From Flavobacteriaceae bacterium (lineage in GTDB: Bacteria > Bacteroidota > Bacteroidia > Flavobacteriales > Flavobacteriaceae): a stretch of DNA of 64,000 bases. The notes below the pieces were generated by a model. That model did not search any database. It was given only the letters and a program-made list of their open reading frames with translations, and was not told the DNA's origin. The DNA lies in the NCBI GenBank assembly GCA_024643385.1, contig JAHEMZ010000007.1, positions 1,341 to 65,340 on the forward strand. The letters run 5' to 3'. Shown here piece after piece: positions 45,913 to 58,622 of this stretch (positions are counted from its first letter, which is position 1; every line of letters begins with the position of its first letter). A program made the position numbers and the translations under genes.

Positions 45913-47100
45913 ATGGCAAAAGAAACATTCGACCGGTCAAAACCACACTTAAATGTTGGTACTATCGGTCACGTTGACCACGGTAAGACAACTTTGACCG
46001 CTGCTATTACGAAAGTAATGGCTGACAAAGGATATTCTGAAGCTAGATCTTTTGATCAAATCGATAACGCTCCGGAAGAAAAAGAAAGAGGGATTACTAT
46101 TAACTCTTCACACGTTGAGTATCAGACTCAAAACCGTCATTACGCTCACGTTGACTGTCCTGGTCACGCGGATTACGTAAAGAACATGGTTACGGGTGCT
46201 GCCCAAATGGATGGAGCTATCCTTGTAGTTGCTGCTACTGATGGTCCTATGCCACAAACTCGTGAACACATCCTATTAGGACGTCAGGTAGGTATTCCTC
46301 GTATCGTTGTTTTTATGAACAAAGTGGATATGGTGGATGATCCTGAATTACTAGAGCTTGTTGAAATGGAGATCCGTGATCTATTGAACTTTTATGAGTA
46401 CGATGGTGACAATGGACCTGTAATTCAAGGTTCTGCTCTTGGTGCATTGAACGGTGAACCAAAATGGGTTGATACGGTTGTTGAATTGATGGAGGCAGTT
46501 GACTCTTGGATCGAAGAACCACTTCGTGAAATTGACAAGCCATTCTTAATGCCGATAGAAGATGTATTCTCAATCACTGGTCGTGGAACTGTAGCTACAG
46601 GTCGTATCGAAACAGGAGTTGCTAATACCGGAGATCCAGTTGAGATCATTGGTATGGGAGCTGAGAAATTGACTTCTACTATCACTGGGGTTGAGATGTT
46701 CCGTAAGATCCTTAACAGAGGAGAAGCTGGAGATAACGTAGGTATCCTATTAAGAGGTATCGAAAAAACCGACATCAAAAGAGGTATGGTTATCGTAAAA
46801 CCAGGTTCAGTTAAACCACACGCTAAATTCAAAGCTGAGGTGTATATCCTTAAGAAAGAAGAAGGTGGGCGTCACACTCCATTCCACAATAACTACCGTC
46901 CACAGTTCTACGCACGTACTACTGACGTAACAGGAAATATTAATCTTCCTGACGGAGTTGAAATGGTAATGCCGGGTGATAACTTAACAATTACTGTTGA
47001 CCTTCTACAGCCTATCGCAATGACTGTTGGTCTACGTTTCGCTATCCGTGAGGGTGGTAGAACAGTAGGTGCCGGTCAGGTAACTGAAATTTTAAACTAA
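45913..47100 (+). CDS. tuf: elongation factor Tu
   Basis: 395 aa. [22 protein letters not shown], canonical EF-Tu throughout. Confidence 0.98.
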   Translation: MAKETFDRSKPHLNVGTIGHVDHGKTTLTAAITKVMADKGYSEARSFDQIDNAPEEKERGITINSSHVEYQTQNRHYAHVDCPGHADYVKNMVTGAAQMDGAILVVAATDGPMPQTREHILLGRQVGIPRIVVFMNKVDMVDDPELLELVEMEIRDLLNFYEYDGDNGPVIQGSALGALNGEPKWVDTVVELMEAVDSWIEEPLREIDKPFLMPIEDVFSITGRGTVATGRIETGVANTGDPVEIIGMGAEKLTSTITGVEMFRKILNRGEAGDNVGILLRGIEKTDIKRGMVIVKPGSVKPHAKFKAEVYILKKEEGGRHTPFHNNYRPQFYARTTDVTGNINLPDGVEMVMPGDNLTITVDLLQPIAMTVGLRFAIREGGRTVGAGQVTEILN

Positions 47101-47159
47101 TTAAAGTTTAAATAAAAGTCTTAAGGTGTCTTGCATTGCAGGATGCCTTGACTTTTCTT

Positions 47160-47232
47160 ACGGGTTTAGCTCAGTTGGTAGAGCACTGGTCTCCAAAACC
47201 AGGTGTCGGGAGTTCGAGTCTCTCAACCCGTG
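47160..47232 (+). tRNA. tRNA-Trp (anticodon CCA)
   Basis: 73 nt. Acceptor ACGGGTT/AACCCGT, anticodon stem CTGGT/ACCAG with loop CTCCAAA, T arm GGGAG TTCGAGT CTCTC. Confidence 0.9.
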
Positions 47233-47281
47233 CTCTTGGAAAACTAGCGTTTAAAGCTTTGTTCACATAAATTAAGAAACA

Positions 47282-47470
47282 ATGATAAACTACATCAAAG
47301 AATCCTATAGCGAATTGAAAAACCATGTTACTTGGACTTCATGGTCCGAAGCGCAGCGCCTTACCGTAGTGGTAGCCGTTTTTTCAGTGGTTCTGGCATT
47401 AGCTATTTGGGGTGTAGATACTGTTTTCAGTAAAGTGGTAAGTCAATATTTTCAATGGATTAAATCCTAA
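47282..47470 (+). CDS. secE: preprotein translocase subunit SecE
   Basis: 62 aa, single C-terminal TM helix, ELKNHVTWTSWSEAQRLTVVV motif, and position between tRNA-Trp and nusG. Confidence 0.88.
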   Translation: MINYIKESYSELKNHVTWTSWSEAQRLTVVVAVFSVVLALAIWGVDTVFSKVVSQYFQWIKS

Positions 47471-47482
47471 GTAAAGTAAAAA

Positions 47483-48037
47483 ATGACTGAAACAAAAAGT
47501 ACAAAAAAGTGGTATGTAGTTCGTTCCGTTAGCGGGCAAGAGAATAAGATCAAATCTTATATCGAGTCTGAGATTGTTCGATTGAATCTTGAGGATTATA
47601 TCGAGCAGGTGTTGGTGCCTACTGAAAAAGTGGTGCAAATACGCAACGGAAAGAAAATAAATAAAGAGCGTGTTTACTTTCCTGGATATATTATGGTCCA
47701 GGCTAGTTTAGCGGGCGAAATCCCACATATCATCCGTTCCATCAATGGTGTGATCGGGTTTTTGGGGGAAACAAAAGGGGGAGACCCTGTGCCTTTACGA
47801 CAATCTGAAGTAAACAGAATGTTAGGAAAGGTGGATGAATTGGCGGTGCAGGATGATAATGTGAATATCCCATTCGTAATCGGAGAAACCGTAAAAGTAA
47901 TCGACGGACCATTCAACGGATTCAATGGGGCGGTTGAAAAGATTAATGAAGAAAAACGCAAGCTTGAGGTAATGGTGAAAATTTTCGGAAGAAAGACACC
48001 ATTAGAATTGAGCTATATGCAAGTAGAGAAAGTATAA
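47483..48037 (+). CDS. nusG: transcription termination/antitermination factor NusG
   Basis: 184 aa. WYVVRSVSGQENK (NGN domain) and a C-terminal KOW (GETVKVIDGPFNGFNGAVEKINEEKRKLEVMV). Confidence 0.95.
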   Translation: MTETKSTKKWYVVRSVSGQENKIKSYIESEIVRLNLEDYIEQVLVPTEKVVQIRNGKKINKERVYFPGYIMVQASLAGEIPHIIRSINGVIGFLGETKGGDPVPLRQSEVNRMLGKVDELAVQDDNVNIPFVIGETVKVIDGPFNGFNGAVEKINEEKRKLEVMVKIFGRKTPLELSYMQVEKV

Positions 48038-48103
48038 TTGTTACGCTTTAATAGGTTTTTTCTAAGCTTCCAAAATAGAAAAGCCGGTTTTAAATTTTAA
48101 AAA

Positions 48104-48541
48104 ATGGCAAAAGAAGTATCTAAAATTGTAAAGTTGCAAGTACGCGGAGGAGCGGCAAACCCGTCTCCACCGGTAGGACCAGCTTTAGGTGCTGCAGGTG
48201 TTAACATTATGGAGTTCTGTAAGCAATTTAATGCTAGAACACAGGACAAACCCGGTAAAGTATTGCCAGTTGCGATTACGGTTTATAAAGACAAATCATT
48301 TGATTTTGTTATTAAGACCCCTCCAGCTGCGGTGCAAATCCTTGAGGCTGCTAAGGCTAAAAAAGGATCCGGAGAACCACATGTTAAGAAAGTAGCGACC
48401 ATTTCTTGGGATCAAGTTAAGGCTATCGCCGAAGACAAGATGCCGGATTTGAACGCATTCACCATCGAGTCTGCTATGAAAATGGTAGCCGGAACTGCAC
48501 GTTCAATGGGAGTGAAAATTAAAGGTGCTGCACCTTTTTAA
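48104..48541 (+). CDS. rplK: 50S ribosomal protein uL11
   Basis: 145 aa. [20 protein letters not shown], canonical L11. Confidence 0.97.
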   Translation: MAKEVSKIVKLQVRGGAANPSPPVGPALGAAGVNIMEFCKQFNARTQDKPGKVLPVAITVYKDKSFDFVIKTPPAAVQILEAAKAKKGSGEPHVKKVATISWDQVKAIAEDKMPDLNAFTIESAMKMVAGTARSMGVKIKGAAPF

Positions 48542-48562
48542 TCAAGAAAAAGAATCTATAAA

Positions 48563-49258
48563 ATGGCAAGATTAACAAAAAAGCAAAAAGAAGCTACAGC
48601 TAAAATAGAGCCTAATAAGAGCTATTCTGTAGCCGAAGCTTGTGCTTTAGTAAAAGAGATTTCCAACGCAAATTTTGATGCGTCTGTAGACCTTGCTGTA
48701 CGTCTGAACGTAGACCCACGTAAAGCGAACCAAATGGTGCGTGGCGTGGTAACTCTTCCACATGGAACAGGTAAAGACGTAAAAGTGTTGGCTTTGGTAA
48801 CCCCTGATAAGGAAGCCGAAGCTAAAGAAGCAGGTGCAGACTATGTTGGTTTGGACGACTACCTCGATAAAATTAAAGGAGGTTGGACAGATGTCGACGT
48901 AATTGTGACTATGCCTAGTGTAATGGGTAAATTGGGTCCGTTAGGACGTATATTAGGTCCTCGTGGCTTAATGCCAAACCCAAAGACTGGTACAGTAACA
49001 ATGGACGTCGCTAAAGCTGTTTCTGAGGTGAAAGCCGGTAAGATCGACTTCAAAGTTGATAAAACGGGTATTATTCACGCCGCAATTGGAAAAGCGTCTT
49101 TTGATGCTGATAAGATTGCAGGAAACGCAAGAGAATTAATAACAACCCTGGTAAAATTGAAGCCTCAGGCTGCAAAAGGAGTTTATATCAAGAGCATTCA
49201 TATGTCTAGCACTATGAGCCCTAGTTTGGAAATAGACTCTAAAAGATTTGCTGAGTAG
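48563..49258 (+). CDS. rplA: 50S ribosomal protein uL1
   Basis: 231 aa. Canonical L1 ([31 protein letters not shown]). Confidence 0.97.
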   Translation: MARLTKKQKEATAKIEPNKSYSVAEACALVKEISNANFDASVDLAVRLNVDPRKANQMVRGVVTLPHGTGKDVKVLALVTPDKEAEAKEAGADYVGLDDYLDKIKGGWTDVDVIVTMPSVMGKLGPLGRILGPRGLMPNPKTGTVTMDVAKAVSEVKAGKIDFKVDKTGIIHAAIGKASFDADKIAGNARELITTLVKLKPQAAKGVYIKSIHMSSTMSPSLEIDSKRFAE

Positions 49259-49272
49259 TAAAATTGTAAGAT

Positions 49273-49794
49273 ATGACTAGAGAAGAAAAATCAGTAGTAA
49301 TTGAACAGTTGACCGCCCAGCTTGCTGATAATGCTATCATTTATTTAGCAGATATTTCAGGATTGGACGCAGCAACAACTTCAAACTTACGTCGTGCTTG
49401 TTTTAAAGCAGGAATTAAGTTGAACGTGGTTAAGAACACGTTGTTGGCAAAGGCTATGGAAAGTTCCGATAAAGATTTCGGAGAATTATCTACCGTGCTT
49501 AAAGGAAACACCTCAATAATGATGGCAGAAGTAAGTAATGCTCCTGCAAAAATTATTAAGGAATTCAGAAAAAAATCTGATAAACCTTTATTGAAAGGAG
49601 CTTTCATAGAAGAAGCAATTTATATTGGAGACAACCAATTAGATGCTCTTGTAGATATCAAATCGAAAGAGGAACTTCTTGGAGAAGTTATCGGATTGCT
49701 TCAATCACCGGCCAAAAATGTTATCTCAGCTCTTAAGAGTGGAGGAAATACCATTGCGGGTATTGTTAAAACCCTTTCTGAAAAAGAAGGGTAA
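49273..49794 (+). CDS. rplJ: 50S ribosomal protein uL10
   Basis: 173 aa. Assigned by position between rplA and rplL and L10-like sequence. Confidence 0.93.
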   Translation: MTREEKSVVIEQLTAQLADNAIIYLADISGLDAATTSNLRRACFKAGIKLNVVKNTLLAKAMESSDKDFGELSTVLKGNTSIMMAEVSNAPAKIIKEFRKKSDKPLLKGAFIEEAIYIGDNQLDALVDIKSKEELLGEVIGLLQSPAKNVISALKSGGNTIAGIVKTLSEKEG

Positions 49795-49854
49795 TCTAAA
49801 TTATTGCACTAATTAAATTACATAAATTAAAAATTACACTTAAAACGATAGAAA

Positions 49855-50229
49855 ATGGCAGATTTAAAAGATTTCGCAGAAAAATTGGTTAACCTAACTG
49901 TAAAAGAAGTTAACGAGTTAGCTACTATATTAAAGGATGAGTACGGTATCGAGCCTGCTGCTGCAGCTGTTGCTGTTGCTGCTGGTCCTGCTGCTGGAGG
50001 TGATGTTGCTGAAGAAAAATCAGAATTCGACGTGATCCTTAAAGCCGCTGGTGCCTCTAAATTGGCAGTAGTAAAACTAGTTAAAGAATTAACTGGTGCC
50101 GGTCTTAAAGAAGCAAAAGATCTAGTTGATAACGCTCCATCTCCAATTAAGGAAGGTGTTGCTAAAGATGAGGCAGAAGCCCTTAAAGCTCAATTAGAAG
50201 AAGCTGGAGCTGAGGTTGAGCTTAAGTAA
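49855..50229 (+). CDS. rplL: 50S ribosomal protein bL12 (L7/L12)
   Basis: 124 aa. Ala-rich hinge [15 protein letters not shown] and C-terminal domain [24 protein letters not shown]. Confidence 0.97.
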   Translation: MADLKDFAEKLVNLTVKEVNELATILKDEYGIEPAAAAVAVAAGPAAGGDVAEEKSEFDVILKAAGASKLAVVKLVKELTGAGLKEAKDLVDNAPSPIKEGVAKDEAEALKAQLEEAGAEVELK

Positions 50230-50251
50230 GCCCCTCACCTACAAACCTTAA

Positions 50252-50295
50252 GGTTTAGGTCTTTGCCGGAAGCGGTTAAGACCTAAACCATTTTG
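50252..50295 (+). terminator. rplL-rpoB intergenic terminator/attenuator hairpin
   Basis: 12-bp perfect stem GGTTTAGGTCTT/AAGACCTAAACC, with 3 more pairs inside the loop, followed by ATTTTG. Confidence 0.7.
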
Positions 50296-50365
50296 CGTAT
50301 ATAAAGGTTTTTGAATTTTCGACATACGCAAAACCCATTATTTTTAATTAAAATTCTATCCATAG

Positions 50366-53300
50366 ATGTCAGCAACGCAAACTGAAAGATTGAATTTTTC
50401 CTCTGTACAGAACAAGCCGGACTACCCGGACTTCTTGGACATCCAAATTAAATCCTTTCAGGATTTTTTCCAATTGGAAACCAAATCAGAAGAAAGAGGC
50501 AACGAAGGTCTTTATAAGACCTTCATGGAAAACTTTCCTATCACTGATACCCGTAACCAATTCGTTCTTGAATTTTTAGACTATTTTGTGGATCCACCTC
50601 GTTACTCCATTCAGGAATGTATCGAACGCGGACTTACGTATAGTGTGCCTTTAAAGGCAAGATTGAAATTATATTGTACCGACGAGGAACACGAAGATTT
50701 TGAAACAATCGTCCAAGATGTATATCTCGGGACGATTCCCTACATGACTCCTTCAGGTACTTTTTGTATCAACGGGGCAGAACGTGTTGTAGTTTCTCAG
50801 TTGCACCGATCACCGGGCGTATTCTTTGGTCAGTCCTTTCACGCCAATGGAACCAAATTATATTCTGCAAGGGTAATTCCTTTCAAAGGTTCTTGGATTG
50901 AATTTGCTACCGATATCAATAGTGTTATGTACGCTTATATCGATCGTAAGAAAAAATTACCCGTGACTACTTTGTTCCGAGCTATCGGTTTCGAAAGAGA
51001 TAAGGATATCCTTGAGATCTTCGATTTGGCTGAAGAAGTAAAGGCAAGCAAAACGGGTCTTAAAAAATATTTAGGTCGTAAACTGGCCGCTCGTGTTTTA
51101 AAAACCTGGCACGAAGATTTTGTGGATGAAGATACCGGAGAAGTGGTTTCCATCGAGCGTAACGAAATTATTTTGGACCGTGATACTGTTCTTGAAAAAG
51201 AGCATTTGGATGAAATCGTAGATTCAGGAACCAAGACGATCCTTCTGCACAAAGAAGATAATCTGCAAGCAGATTATGCGATCATTCACAACACCTTGCA
51301 AAAGGATCCTACCAACTCTGAAAAGGAAGCGGTAGAGCATATCTACAGACAATTACGTAATGCCGAACCACCCGATGAGGAAACAGCACGTGGTATCATC
51401 CACAAATTGTTCTTCAGTGACCAACGTTACAATCTTGGCGAAGTAGGTCGTTACCGAATGAATAAAAAATTAGGGTTGGATATCGAAATGGAAAAGCAAG
51501 TGCTAACCAAAGAAGATATCATAACCATCGTGAAATATTTGATCGAGTTGATCAATTCTAAAGCTGAGATCGATGATATTGATCACTTAAGCAACCGACG
51601 TGTACGTACGGTAGGTGAGCAATTATCTCAACAGTTTGGAGTTGGTTTGGCTCGTATGGCTCGTACCATTAGAGAGCGTATGAACGTTCGTGATAACGAA
51701 GTGTTCACACCGATCGATCTGATCAATGCAAAGACGCTTTCTTCAGTGATCAATTCGTTCTTTGGTACTAACCAGCTTTCTCAGTTCATGGACCAAACCA
51801 ATCCTCTTGCAGAGATCACGCACAAGCGTCGCCTTTCGGCACTAGGGCCAGGGGGTCTTTCAAGAGAAAGAGCAGGATTCGAAGTGCGTGACGTTCATTA
51901 CACGCACTACGGAAGACTTTGTCCGATCGAAACACCTGAAGGGCCAAACATTGGTTTGATCTCCTCACTTTCGGTTTTCGCGAAAGTTAATAATCTTGGA
52001 TTTATTGAAACTCCTTACCGTAAAGTTGAAAATGGTAAGATTGATTTTAAAAATGAACCGATTTACCTTTCAGCAGAGGAAGAAGAAGAAAAGTTGATCG
52101 CTCAGGCTAACATTCCTCTAAAAGAGGATGGCACCATCAATACCGATAGAGTTATTGCTCGTATGGAAGGTGACTTCCCGGTTGTGGATCCGATGCGAGT
52201 TGACTATACCGATGTAGCTCCCAACCAGATATCTTCGATTTCTGCTTCCTTGATCCCTTTCTTGGAACATGATGATGCGAACCGAGCATTGATGGGATCA
52301 AACATGATGCGTCAGGCAGTACCTTTGTTAAGAGCCGAATCACCTATTGTAGGAACAGGCTTGGAGCGTCAGGTTGCTTCCGATTCTCGAGTATTGATCA
52401 ATGCGGAAGGAAATGGTGTGGTGGAATATGTGGATGCCAATAAGGTGACCATTAAATACGATCGTTCAGAAGAAGAACGAATGGTGAGTTTTGATGGTGA
52501 TTCAAAAACCTACAACCTTATTAAATTTAGAAAAACGAACCAAAGTACTTCTATCAACCTAAAACCTATCGTAAGAAAAGGAGACAGAGTTGCTAAAGGT
52601 CAGGTGCTTTGTCAAGGTTATGCTACCGAAAAAGGAGAGCTTGCCTTGGGAAGAAATATGAAAGTTGCTTTCATGCCTTGGAAAGGGTATAACTTTGAGG
52701 ATGCGATCGTAATTTCTGAAAAAGTAGTTCGTGATGATATCTTCACCTCTATTCATATCGACGAATATTCTTTGGATGTTCGTGATACTAAATTAGGGAA
52801 CGAAGAATTGACCAACGACATTCCAAACGTTTCAGAAGAAGCTACCAAAGATTTGGATGAAAACGGAATGATCCGTATTGGTGCCGAAGTGAAGCCGGGT
52901 GATATTTTGATTGGAAAGATCACTCCGAAAGGAGAAAGTGATCCAACTCCGGAAGAAAAATTACTTCGTGCCATTTTCGGTGATAAGGCCGGTGATGTAA
53001 AAGATGCCTCATTGAAAGCTTCTCCTTCTTTAAGCGGGGTAGTGATCGATAAGAAACTTTTCTCAAGAGCCGTAAAAGACAAACGTAAAAGAGCAAAAGA
53101 CAAGGAAGATATCTCTGAATTGGAATTGGTTTACGAAAGTAAATTCGAGGAATTGAAAGATGTCTTAGTGGAAAAACTTTTTGCCGTTGTCGGAGGAAAA
53201 ACCGCTCAGGGTGTAACCAATGATCTAGGTGAAGTTGTATTCCCAAAAGGAAAAAAATTCACCTTGAAAATGCTGAACGGAGTTGAAGATTATACACACC

Positions 53301-54178
53301 TAATCGGAGGAACCTGGACTACAGATGACGATGCCAACGTATTGGTTCGTGATCTAATGCATAACTATAAGATCAAAGAAAACGATCTTCAAGGTAATCT
53401 TCGTAGAGAAAAGTTTACCATTTCAGTGGGAGATGAACTACCTGCAGGGATCTTGAAATTGGCTAAGGTCTATATCGCCAAGAAGCGTAAACTGAAAGTA
53501 GGAGATAAAATGGCGGGTCGTCATGGTAACAAAGGTATTGTTGCTCGTATCGTAAGAGAAGAGGATATGCCTTTCTTGGAAGATGGAACCCCGGTAGATA
53601 TCGTGTTGAACCCACTTGGGGTGCCTTCTCGTATGAACATCGGACAGATCTATGAAACCGTATTAGGTTGGGCAGGTCAGAAATTAGGGCAGAAGTACGC
53701 TACTCCCATTTTTGATGGAGCTACTTTGGACCAGATCAATGAACTTACCGACAAGGCGGGAATTCCATTATTCGGACATACTTATCTATACGATGGTGGT
53801 ACCGGAAAACGTTTCGATCAACCTGCAACCGTTGGTGTTATCTATATGTTGAAATTAGGTCACATGGTAGACGATAAGATGCACGCACGTTCCATCGGAC
53901 CTTACTCCTTAATTACGCAACAACCACTGGGAGGTAAAGCTCAATTTGGAGGACAACGATTTGGGGAAATGGAAGTTTGGGCATTGGAAGCTTATGGAGC
54001 ATCCAGTACCTTACGTGAAATACTGACTGTAAAATCAGATGACGTAGTAGGAAGGGCAAAAACATATGAGGCCATCGTAAAAGGTGAATCTATGCCGGAA
54101 CCCGGATTACCCGAATCATTCAACGTGTTAATGCACGAATTGAAAGGATTAGGACTGGACATCAGATTAGAAGAATAG
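50366..54178 (+). CDS. rpoB: DNA-directed RNA polymerase subunit beta
   Basis: 1270 aa. Canonical RpoB blocks (e.g. [43 protein letters not shown]). Confidence 0.99.
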   Translation: MSATQTERLNFSSVQNKPDYPDFLDIQIKSFQDFFQLETKSEERGNEGLYKTFMENFPITDTRNQFVLEFLDYFVDPPRYSIQECIERGLTYSVPLKARLKLYCTDEEHEDFETIVQDVYLGTIPYMTPSGTFCINGAERVVVSQLHRSPGVFFGQSFHANGTKLYSARVIPFKGSWIEFATDINSVMYAYIDRKKKLPVTTLFRAIGFERDKDILEIFDLAEEVKASKTGLKKYLGRKLAARVLKTWHEDFVDEDTGEVVSIERNEIILDRDTVLEKEHLDEIVDSGTKTILLHKEDNLQADYAIIHNTLQKDPTNSEKEAVEHIYRQLRNAEPPDEETARGIIHKLFFSDQRYNLGEVGRYRMNKKLGLDIEMEKQVLTKEDIITIVKYLIELINSKAEIDDIDHLSNRRVRTVGEQLSQQFGVGLARMARTIRERMNVRDNEVFTPIDLINAKTLSSVINSFFGTNQLSQFMDQTNPLAEITHKRRLSALGPGGLSRERAGFEVRDVHYTHYGRLCPIETPEGPNIGLISSLSVFAKVNNLGFIETPYRKVENGKIDFKNEPIYLSAEEEEEKLIAQANIPLKEDGTINTDRVIARMEGDFPVVDPMRVDYTDVAPNQISSISASLIPFLEHDDANRALMGSNMMRQAVPLLRAESPIVGTGLERQVASDSRVLINAEGNGVVEYVDANKVTIKYDRSEEERMVSFDGDSKTYNLIKFRKTNQSTSINLKPIVRKGDRVAKGQVLCQGYATEKGELALGRNMKVAFMPWKGYNFEDAIVISEKVVRDDIFTSIHIDEYSLDVRDTKLGNEELTNDIPNVSEEATKDLDENGMIRIGAEVKPGDILIGKITPKGESDPTPEEKLLRAIFGDKAGDVKDASLKASPSLSGVVIDKKLFSRAVKDKRKRAKDKEDISELELVYESKFEELKDVLVEKLFAVVGGKTAQGVTNDLGEVVFPKGKKFTLKMLNGVEDYTHLIGGTWTTDDDANVLVRDLMHNYKIKENDLQGNLRREKFTISVGDELPAGILKLAKVYIAKKRKLKVGDKMAGRHGNKGIVARIVREEDMPFLEDGTPVDIVLNPLGVPSRMNIGQIYETVLGWAGQKLGQKYATPIFDGATLDQINELTDKAGIPLFGHTYLYDGGTGKRFDQPATVGVIYMLKLGHMVDDKMHARSIGPYSLITQQPLGGKAQFGGQRFGEMEVWALEAYGASSTLREILTVKSDDVVGRAKTYEAIVKGESMPEPGLPESFNVLMHELKGLGLDIRLEE

Positions 54179-54267
54179 GAGATCCCCGCCTCGGCGGGGT
54201 CATTCCATTCGGTTTGGGGACTTGTCAATGTCCCGTTTCAAAATAATAATAGAATATTTTCAGCATT

Positions 54268-57200
54268 ATGTCAAGAAATAAAGAAAACACAGTACAGAGA
54301 TTCAATAAGATTTCGATTGGTTTAGCTTCTCCAGAGTCTATTTTGGCAGAATCTCGTGGCGAGGTGTTAAAGCCGGAAACTATCAACTACCGTACGCACA
54401 AACCTGAGCGTGACGGTCTTTTCTGTGAGCGTATTTTTGGTCCTGTAAAGGATTATGAATGTGCCTGTGGTAAATATAAAAGAATTCGCTACAAGGGTAT
54501 CGTATGTGACCGTTGTGGTGTGGAAGTAACGGAAAAGAAAGTACGTCGTGATCGCGTGGGACACATTAATTTGGTGGTTCCCGTCGCTCATATCTGGTAT
54601 TTCCGTTCCTTACCAAACAAAATAGGTTACTTATTAGGTCTTCCTTCCAAGAAATTGGATATGATCATCTATTATGAGCGTTATGTGGTGATCCAACCGG
54701 GTATTGCAAAGAATGAAGAAGGCGAGCCTGTGAAGAAAATGGATTTCCTTACGGAGGAAGAATATTTGAATATTCTGGATACCCTTCCGCAGGAGAACTT
54801 ATACCTGGATGACAACGATCCTAACAAGTTCATCGCTAAAATGGGTGCTGAATGTTTGGTGGAACTGTTGCATCGAATAGACTTGGATGGTCTTTCTTTC
54901 GAATTGCGTCACAAAGCCAACCACGAAACCTCTAAACAACGTAAAACCGAAGCGTTAAAAAGGCTTCAGGTGGTTGAGTCGTTCCGTGAGGCAGCCAATA
55001 ACAGAGAGAATAGGCCCGAATGGATGATCATGAAAGTGGTTCCTGTAATTCCACCGGAATTACGTCCGTTAGTGCCTTTGGACGGAGGTCGTTTCGCTAC
55101 TTCCGATTTGAACGATCTATACCGTCGTGTGATCATCCGTAACAATCGTTTGAAACGATTGATGGAGATAAAAGCCCCTGAAGTAATTCTCCGTAATGAA
55201 AAACGTATGCTTCAGGAATCGGTAGATTCACTTTTTGACAATACTCGTAAGTCTTCCGCAGTGAAGACCGACAGTAACCGTCCTTTAAAATCACTTTCCG
55301 ATTCGCTAAAAGGAAAGCAAGGACGTTTCCGTCAGAACTTATTAGGAAAACGTGTGGATTACTCGGCTCGTTCGGTAATTGTCGTTGGACCTGAATTGAA
55401 ATTATTCGAATGCGGTCTTCCGAAAGACATGGCGGCTGAATTGTACAAACCTTTTGTGATCCGTAAATTGATCGAAAGAGGGATCGTAAAGACCGTGAAA
55501 TCTGCAAAGAAGATCATCGATAAAAAAGAACCGGTAGTATGGGATATCCTTGAAAATGTATTGAAAGGTCACCCTGTATTATTGAACAGGGCCCCAACCT
55601 TACACCGTTTGGGGATCCAGGCATTTCAGCCCAAATTAATAGAAGGAAAAGCAATTCAATTACACCCATTGGTTTGTACGGCATTCAACGCCGACTTTGA
55701 TGGGGATCAGATGGCTGTGCATTTACCGCTAGGTCCTGAAGCCATTTTGGAATCTCAGTTATTAATGTTGGCCTCTCACAATATCTTGAACCCTGCGAAT
55801 GGATCTCCGGTCGCAGTACCTTCTCAAGACATGGTTCTGGGGCTGTATTATATGACCAAATTGAGAAAGTCAACTGCCGAGTATCCTGTACAGGGAGAAG
55901 GCTTGACCTTCTATTCTCCAGAGGAAGTGTTTATTGCTTTCAATGAAGGAAAGGTAGAATTGAACGCTGAAATAAAAGTAAGAACCAAAGACCTTAATGA
56001 AAATGGGGAATTGGTGTATAAGATCATCACTACCACGGTGGGAAGAGTGATCTTTAACGACAGTGTACCTGAAGAAGCCGGTTTCATTAATGAGGTTTTG
56101 ACGAAAAAATCGTTAAGAGATATTATTGGGAACATCCTTACCATGACATCAGTGCCTAAAACGGCTGCTTTCTTGGATGGGATCAAAGACCTTGGATACA
56201 AGTTCGCCTTCGAAGGGGGCTTGTCCTTCAGTTTAGGGGATATTATCATTCCTCAGGAAAAACAAGGTATGATCGATGCTGCCAACTCACAGGTAGATAA
56301 TATCATTGCCAATTATAACATGGGATTGATCACCAATAATGAACGTTACAATCAGGTGATTGATATCTGGACTGCTACGAATGCTGAACTTACTGAACTT
56401 TCCATGAAACGTATTCGTGAAGATCAGCAAGGATTTAATTCAGTGTATATGATGTTGGATTCGGGAGCAAGGGGTTCTAAAGAACAGATCCGTCAGTTAA
56501 CCGGAATGCGTGGATTGATGGCCAAGCCTAAAAAATCCAATTCAGGTGGAGGGGAGATCATTGAAAACCCGATCCTATCTAACTTTAAAGAAGGTCTTTC
56601 GATCTTAGAATACTTTATCTCTACGCACGGGGCTCGTAAAGGTCTTGCGGATACCGCGTTAAAAACGGCGGATGCAGGATACTTAACTCGTCGTTTGGTA
56701 GATGTTTCTCAAGATGTTATTATTAACACGGAAGATTGTGGTACCCTTCGAGGAATTGAAGTTACTGCTTTGAAGAAAAATGAAGAAGTAGTTGAATCCT
56801 TAGGAGAACGTATCAAGGGACGTACCTCATTGAATGATATCTACAATCCGTTAACCAAAGAATATTTAGTGTTGGCGGGTGGACACATTAGTGATGCCGT
56901 TGCTGAGAAAATAGAAAATTCGCCGATAGAATCGGTGGAAGTAAGATCTGCTCTGACCTGTGAAGCTAAAAAGGGAATTTGTGCGCAATGTTACGGACGT
57001 AACCTCGCAACCAATAAAATGGTGCAGAGAGGGGAAGCGGTAGGAGTGGTTGCAGCGCAATCTATTGGAGAACCGGGAACACAGTTAACATTACGTACTT
57101 TCCACGTGGGAGGTATCGCGGGTAACATATCTGAAGAGAACAAATTAGCTGTTAAATTTGACGGTCGTATAGAGATAGAAGATCTGAAAACGGTTAAAGG

Positions 57201-58566
57201 AGAAGACAATGAAGGGAAAACCATGGATATTGTGATTTCCCGAACTACAGAGGCTAAATTGATAGATGAACAAACCGGAATTACCTTAAGCACCAATAAC
57301 ATCCCTTATGGTTCAACTTTATCGGTAAAGGATGGACAAAAAGTGAAAAGAGGAGATGTAATTTGCCAATGGGATCCCTATAATGGTGTAATCATCTCTG
57401 AATTTGCAGGAAAAATCAAATATGATAATATTGATCAAGGGATTACATATCAGGTAGAAATTGATGAACAAACAGGTTTCCAAGAAAAAGTAATTTCGGA
57501 GTCAAGAGATAGACGAAGAATCCCAACACTTCAGATTGTAGATTCCAAAGGGGAAATTATACGATCGTATAACTTACCTGTAGGAGCCCACTTGATGGTG
57601 GATAACGACGAGAAGATCAAGATGGGTAAAGTCTTGGTTAAGATTCCTCGTAAGTCGGCTAAGACCGGAGATATCACGGGAGGTCTTCCAAGGGTGACCG
57701 AATTATTTGAAGCTAGAAATCCTTCGAATCCTGCTGTAGTAAGTGAGATTGATGGTGTAGTTTCCTTCGGAAAAATTAAGCGTGGTAACCGTGAGATCGT
57801 TGTTGAATCCAAATTGGGTGAAGTAAAAAGATACTTGGTGAAACTTTCCAATCAGATCCTTGTTCAGGAGAACGATTACGTTCGTGCCGGAATGCCATTA
57901 TCCGACGGATCGATTACTCCGGATGATATTTTGAACATCAAAGGACCTTCTGCTGTTCAACAGTATTTGGTGAATGAAGTTCAGGAAGTATACCGACTGC
58001 AAGGGGTGAAGATAAATGATAAACACTTCGAAGTAGTGGTTCGCCAGATGATGCGTAAAGTTCAGATAGTGGATCCGGGAGATACGTTGTTCTTGGAGGA
58101 TCAATTAGTTCATAAAGACGACTTTATTGAGGAAAATGATAAGATTTTCGGAATGAAAGTGATTGATAATGCCGGGGATTCTGCCAATCTAAAAGAAGGA
58201 CAAATAGTAACTTCTCGCCAGTTGAGAGATGAAAATTCTATTCTAAAGCGCGAAGACAGAGCTTTAGTAGAAGCAAGAGATGCAGTCCCTGCGACGGCAA
58301 CTCCGATCTTGCAAGGTATCACCAGAGCTTCCTTACAAACAAAATCGTTTATATCAGCGGCTTCCTTCCAGGAAACCACCAAAGTATTGAACGAGGCTGC
58401 GGTAAGTGGAAAAGTCGACTTCCTTGAAGGATTGAAAGAGAACGTAATTGTGGGTCATAGGATTCCTGCCGGAACCGGAATGAGAAGGTATGATACTATC
58501 ATTGTAGGTTCTAAAGAAGAACTAGAGGAAATGACAAAAGCAAAACAAGAAGTTAATTTTAACTAA
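54268..58566 (+). CDS. rpoC: DNA-directed RNA polymerase subunit beta'
   Basis: 1432 aa. Zn-finger [20 protein letters not shown], catalytic [12 protein letters not shown], trigger-loop and C-terminal blocks. Confidence 0.99.
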   Translation: MSRNKENTVQRFNKISIGLASPESILAESRGEVLKPETINYRTHKPERDGLFCERIFGPVKDYECACGKYKRIRYKGIVCDRCGVEVTEKKVRRDRVGHINLVVPVAHIWYFRSLPNKIGYLLGLPSKKLDMIIYYERYVVIQPGIAKNEEGEPVKKMDFLTEEEYLNILDTLPQENLYLDDNDPNKFIAKMGAECLVELLHRIDLDGLSFELRHKANHETSKQRKTEALKRLQVVESFREAANNRENRPEWMIMKVVPVIPPELRPLVPLDGGRFATSDLNDLYRRVIIRNNRLKRLMEIKAPEVILRNEKRMLQESVDSLFDNTRKSSAVKTDSNRPLKSLSDSLKGKQGRFRQNLLGKRVDYSARSVIVVGPELKLFECGLPKDMAAELYKPFVIRKLIERGIVKTVKSAKKIIDKKEPVVWDILENVLKGHPVLLNRAPTLHRLGIQAFQPKLIEGKAIQLHPLVCTAFNADFDGDQMAVHLPLGPEAILESQLLMLASHNILNPANGSPVAVPSQDMVLGLYYMTKLRKSTAEYPVQGEGLTFYSPEEVFIAFNEGKVELNAEIKVRTKDLNENGELVYKIITTTVGRVIFNDSVPEEAGFINEVLTKKSLRDIIGNILTMTSVPKTAAFLDGIKDLGYKFAFEGGLSFSLGDIIIPQEKQGMIDAANSQVDNIIANYNMGLITNNERYNQVIDIWTATNAELTELSMKRIREDQQGFNSVYMMLDSGARGSKEQIRQLTGMRGLMAKPKKSNSGGGEIIENPILSNFKEGLSILEYFISTHGARKGLADTALKTADAGYLTRRLVDVSQDVIINTEDCGTLRGIEVTALKKNEEVVESLGERIKGRTSLNDIYNPLTKEYLVLAGGHISDAVAEKIENSPIESVEVRSALTCEAKKGICAQCYGRNLATNKMVQRGEAVGVVAAQSIGEPGTQLTLRTFHVGGIAGNISEENKLAVKFDGRIEIEDLKTVKGEDNEGKTMDIVISRTTEAKLIDEQTGITLSTNNIPYGSTLSVKDGQKVKRGDVICQWDPYNGVIISEFAGKIKYDNIDQGITYQVEIDEQTGFQEKVISESRDRRRIPTLQIVDSKGEIIRSYNLPVGAHLMVDNDEKIKMGKVLVKIPRKSAKTGDITGGLPRVTELFEARNPSNPAVVSEIDGVVSFGKIKRGNREIVVESKLGEVKRYLVKLSNQILVQENDYVRAGMPLSDGSITPDDILNIKGPSAVQQYLVNEVQEVYRLQGVKINDKHFEVVVRQMMRKVQIVDPGDTLFLEDQLVHKDDFIEENDKIFGMKVIDNAGDSANLKEGQIVTSRQLRDENSILKREDRALVEARDAVPATATPILQGITRASLQTKSFISAASFQETTKVLNEAAVSGKVDFLEGLKENVIVGHRIPAGTGMRRYDTIIVGSKEELEEMTKAKQEVNFN

Positions 58567-58579
58567 TAAATGTATCCAA

Positions 58580-58610
58580 CTTGCGCTCCTCTTAGGAGCG
58601 CAAGTTTTTT
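58580..58610 (+). terminator. rho-independent terminator after rpoC
   Basis: 10-bp GC-rich stem CTTGCGCTCC/GGAGCGCAAG, 5-nt loop, then TTTTTT. Confidence 0.8.
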
Positions 58611-58622
58611 AAAAACACTGTT

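Noticed and set aside
47101-47159. Possible terminator hairpin after tuf
   Set aside because: Only an imperfect, interrupted stem (GTC..AAGG / CCTT..GAC around the small palindrome TGCATTGCA) and no T tract. tRNA-Trp follows directly and is probably co-transcribed.
54184-54234. rpoB-rpoC spacer hairpins as a terminator
   Set aside because: CCCCGC/GCGGGG (54184-54199) is short with no following T run, and the second stem is only 5 bp. rpoB and rpoC are normally co-transcribed, so I do not call a terminator.
50935-58382. Numerous 60-135-aa antisense ORFs inside rpoB and rpoC (e.g. 52753-53103, 55133-55507, 56991-57302) and inside tuf (46425-46832)
   Set aside because: They are embedded antisense in highly conserved genes and are Ser/Arg/Leu-rich, with no signal of independent function. 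Such ORFs are expected by chance in long genes.
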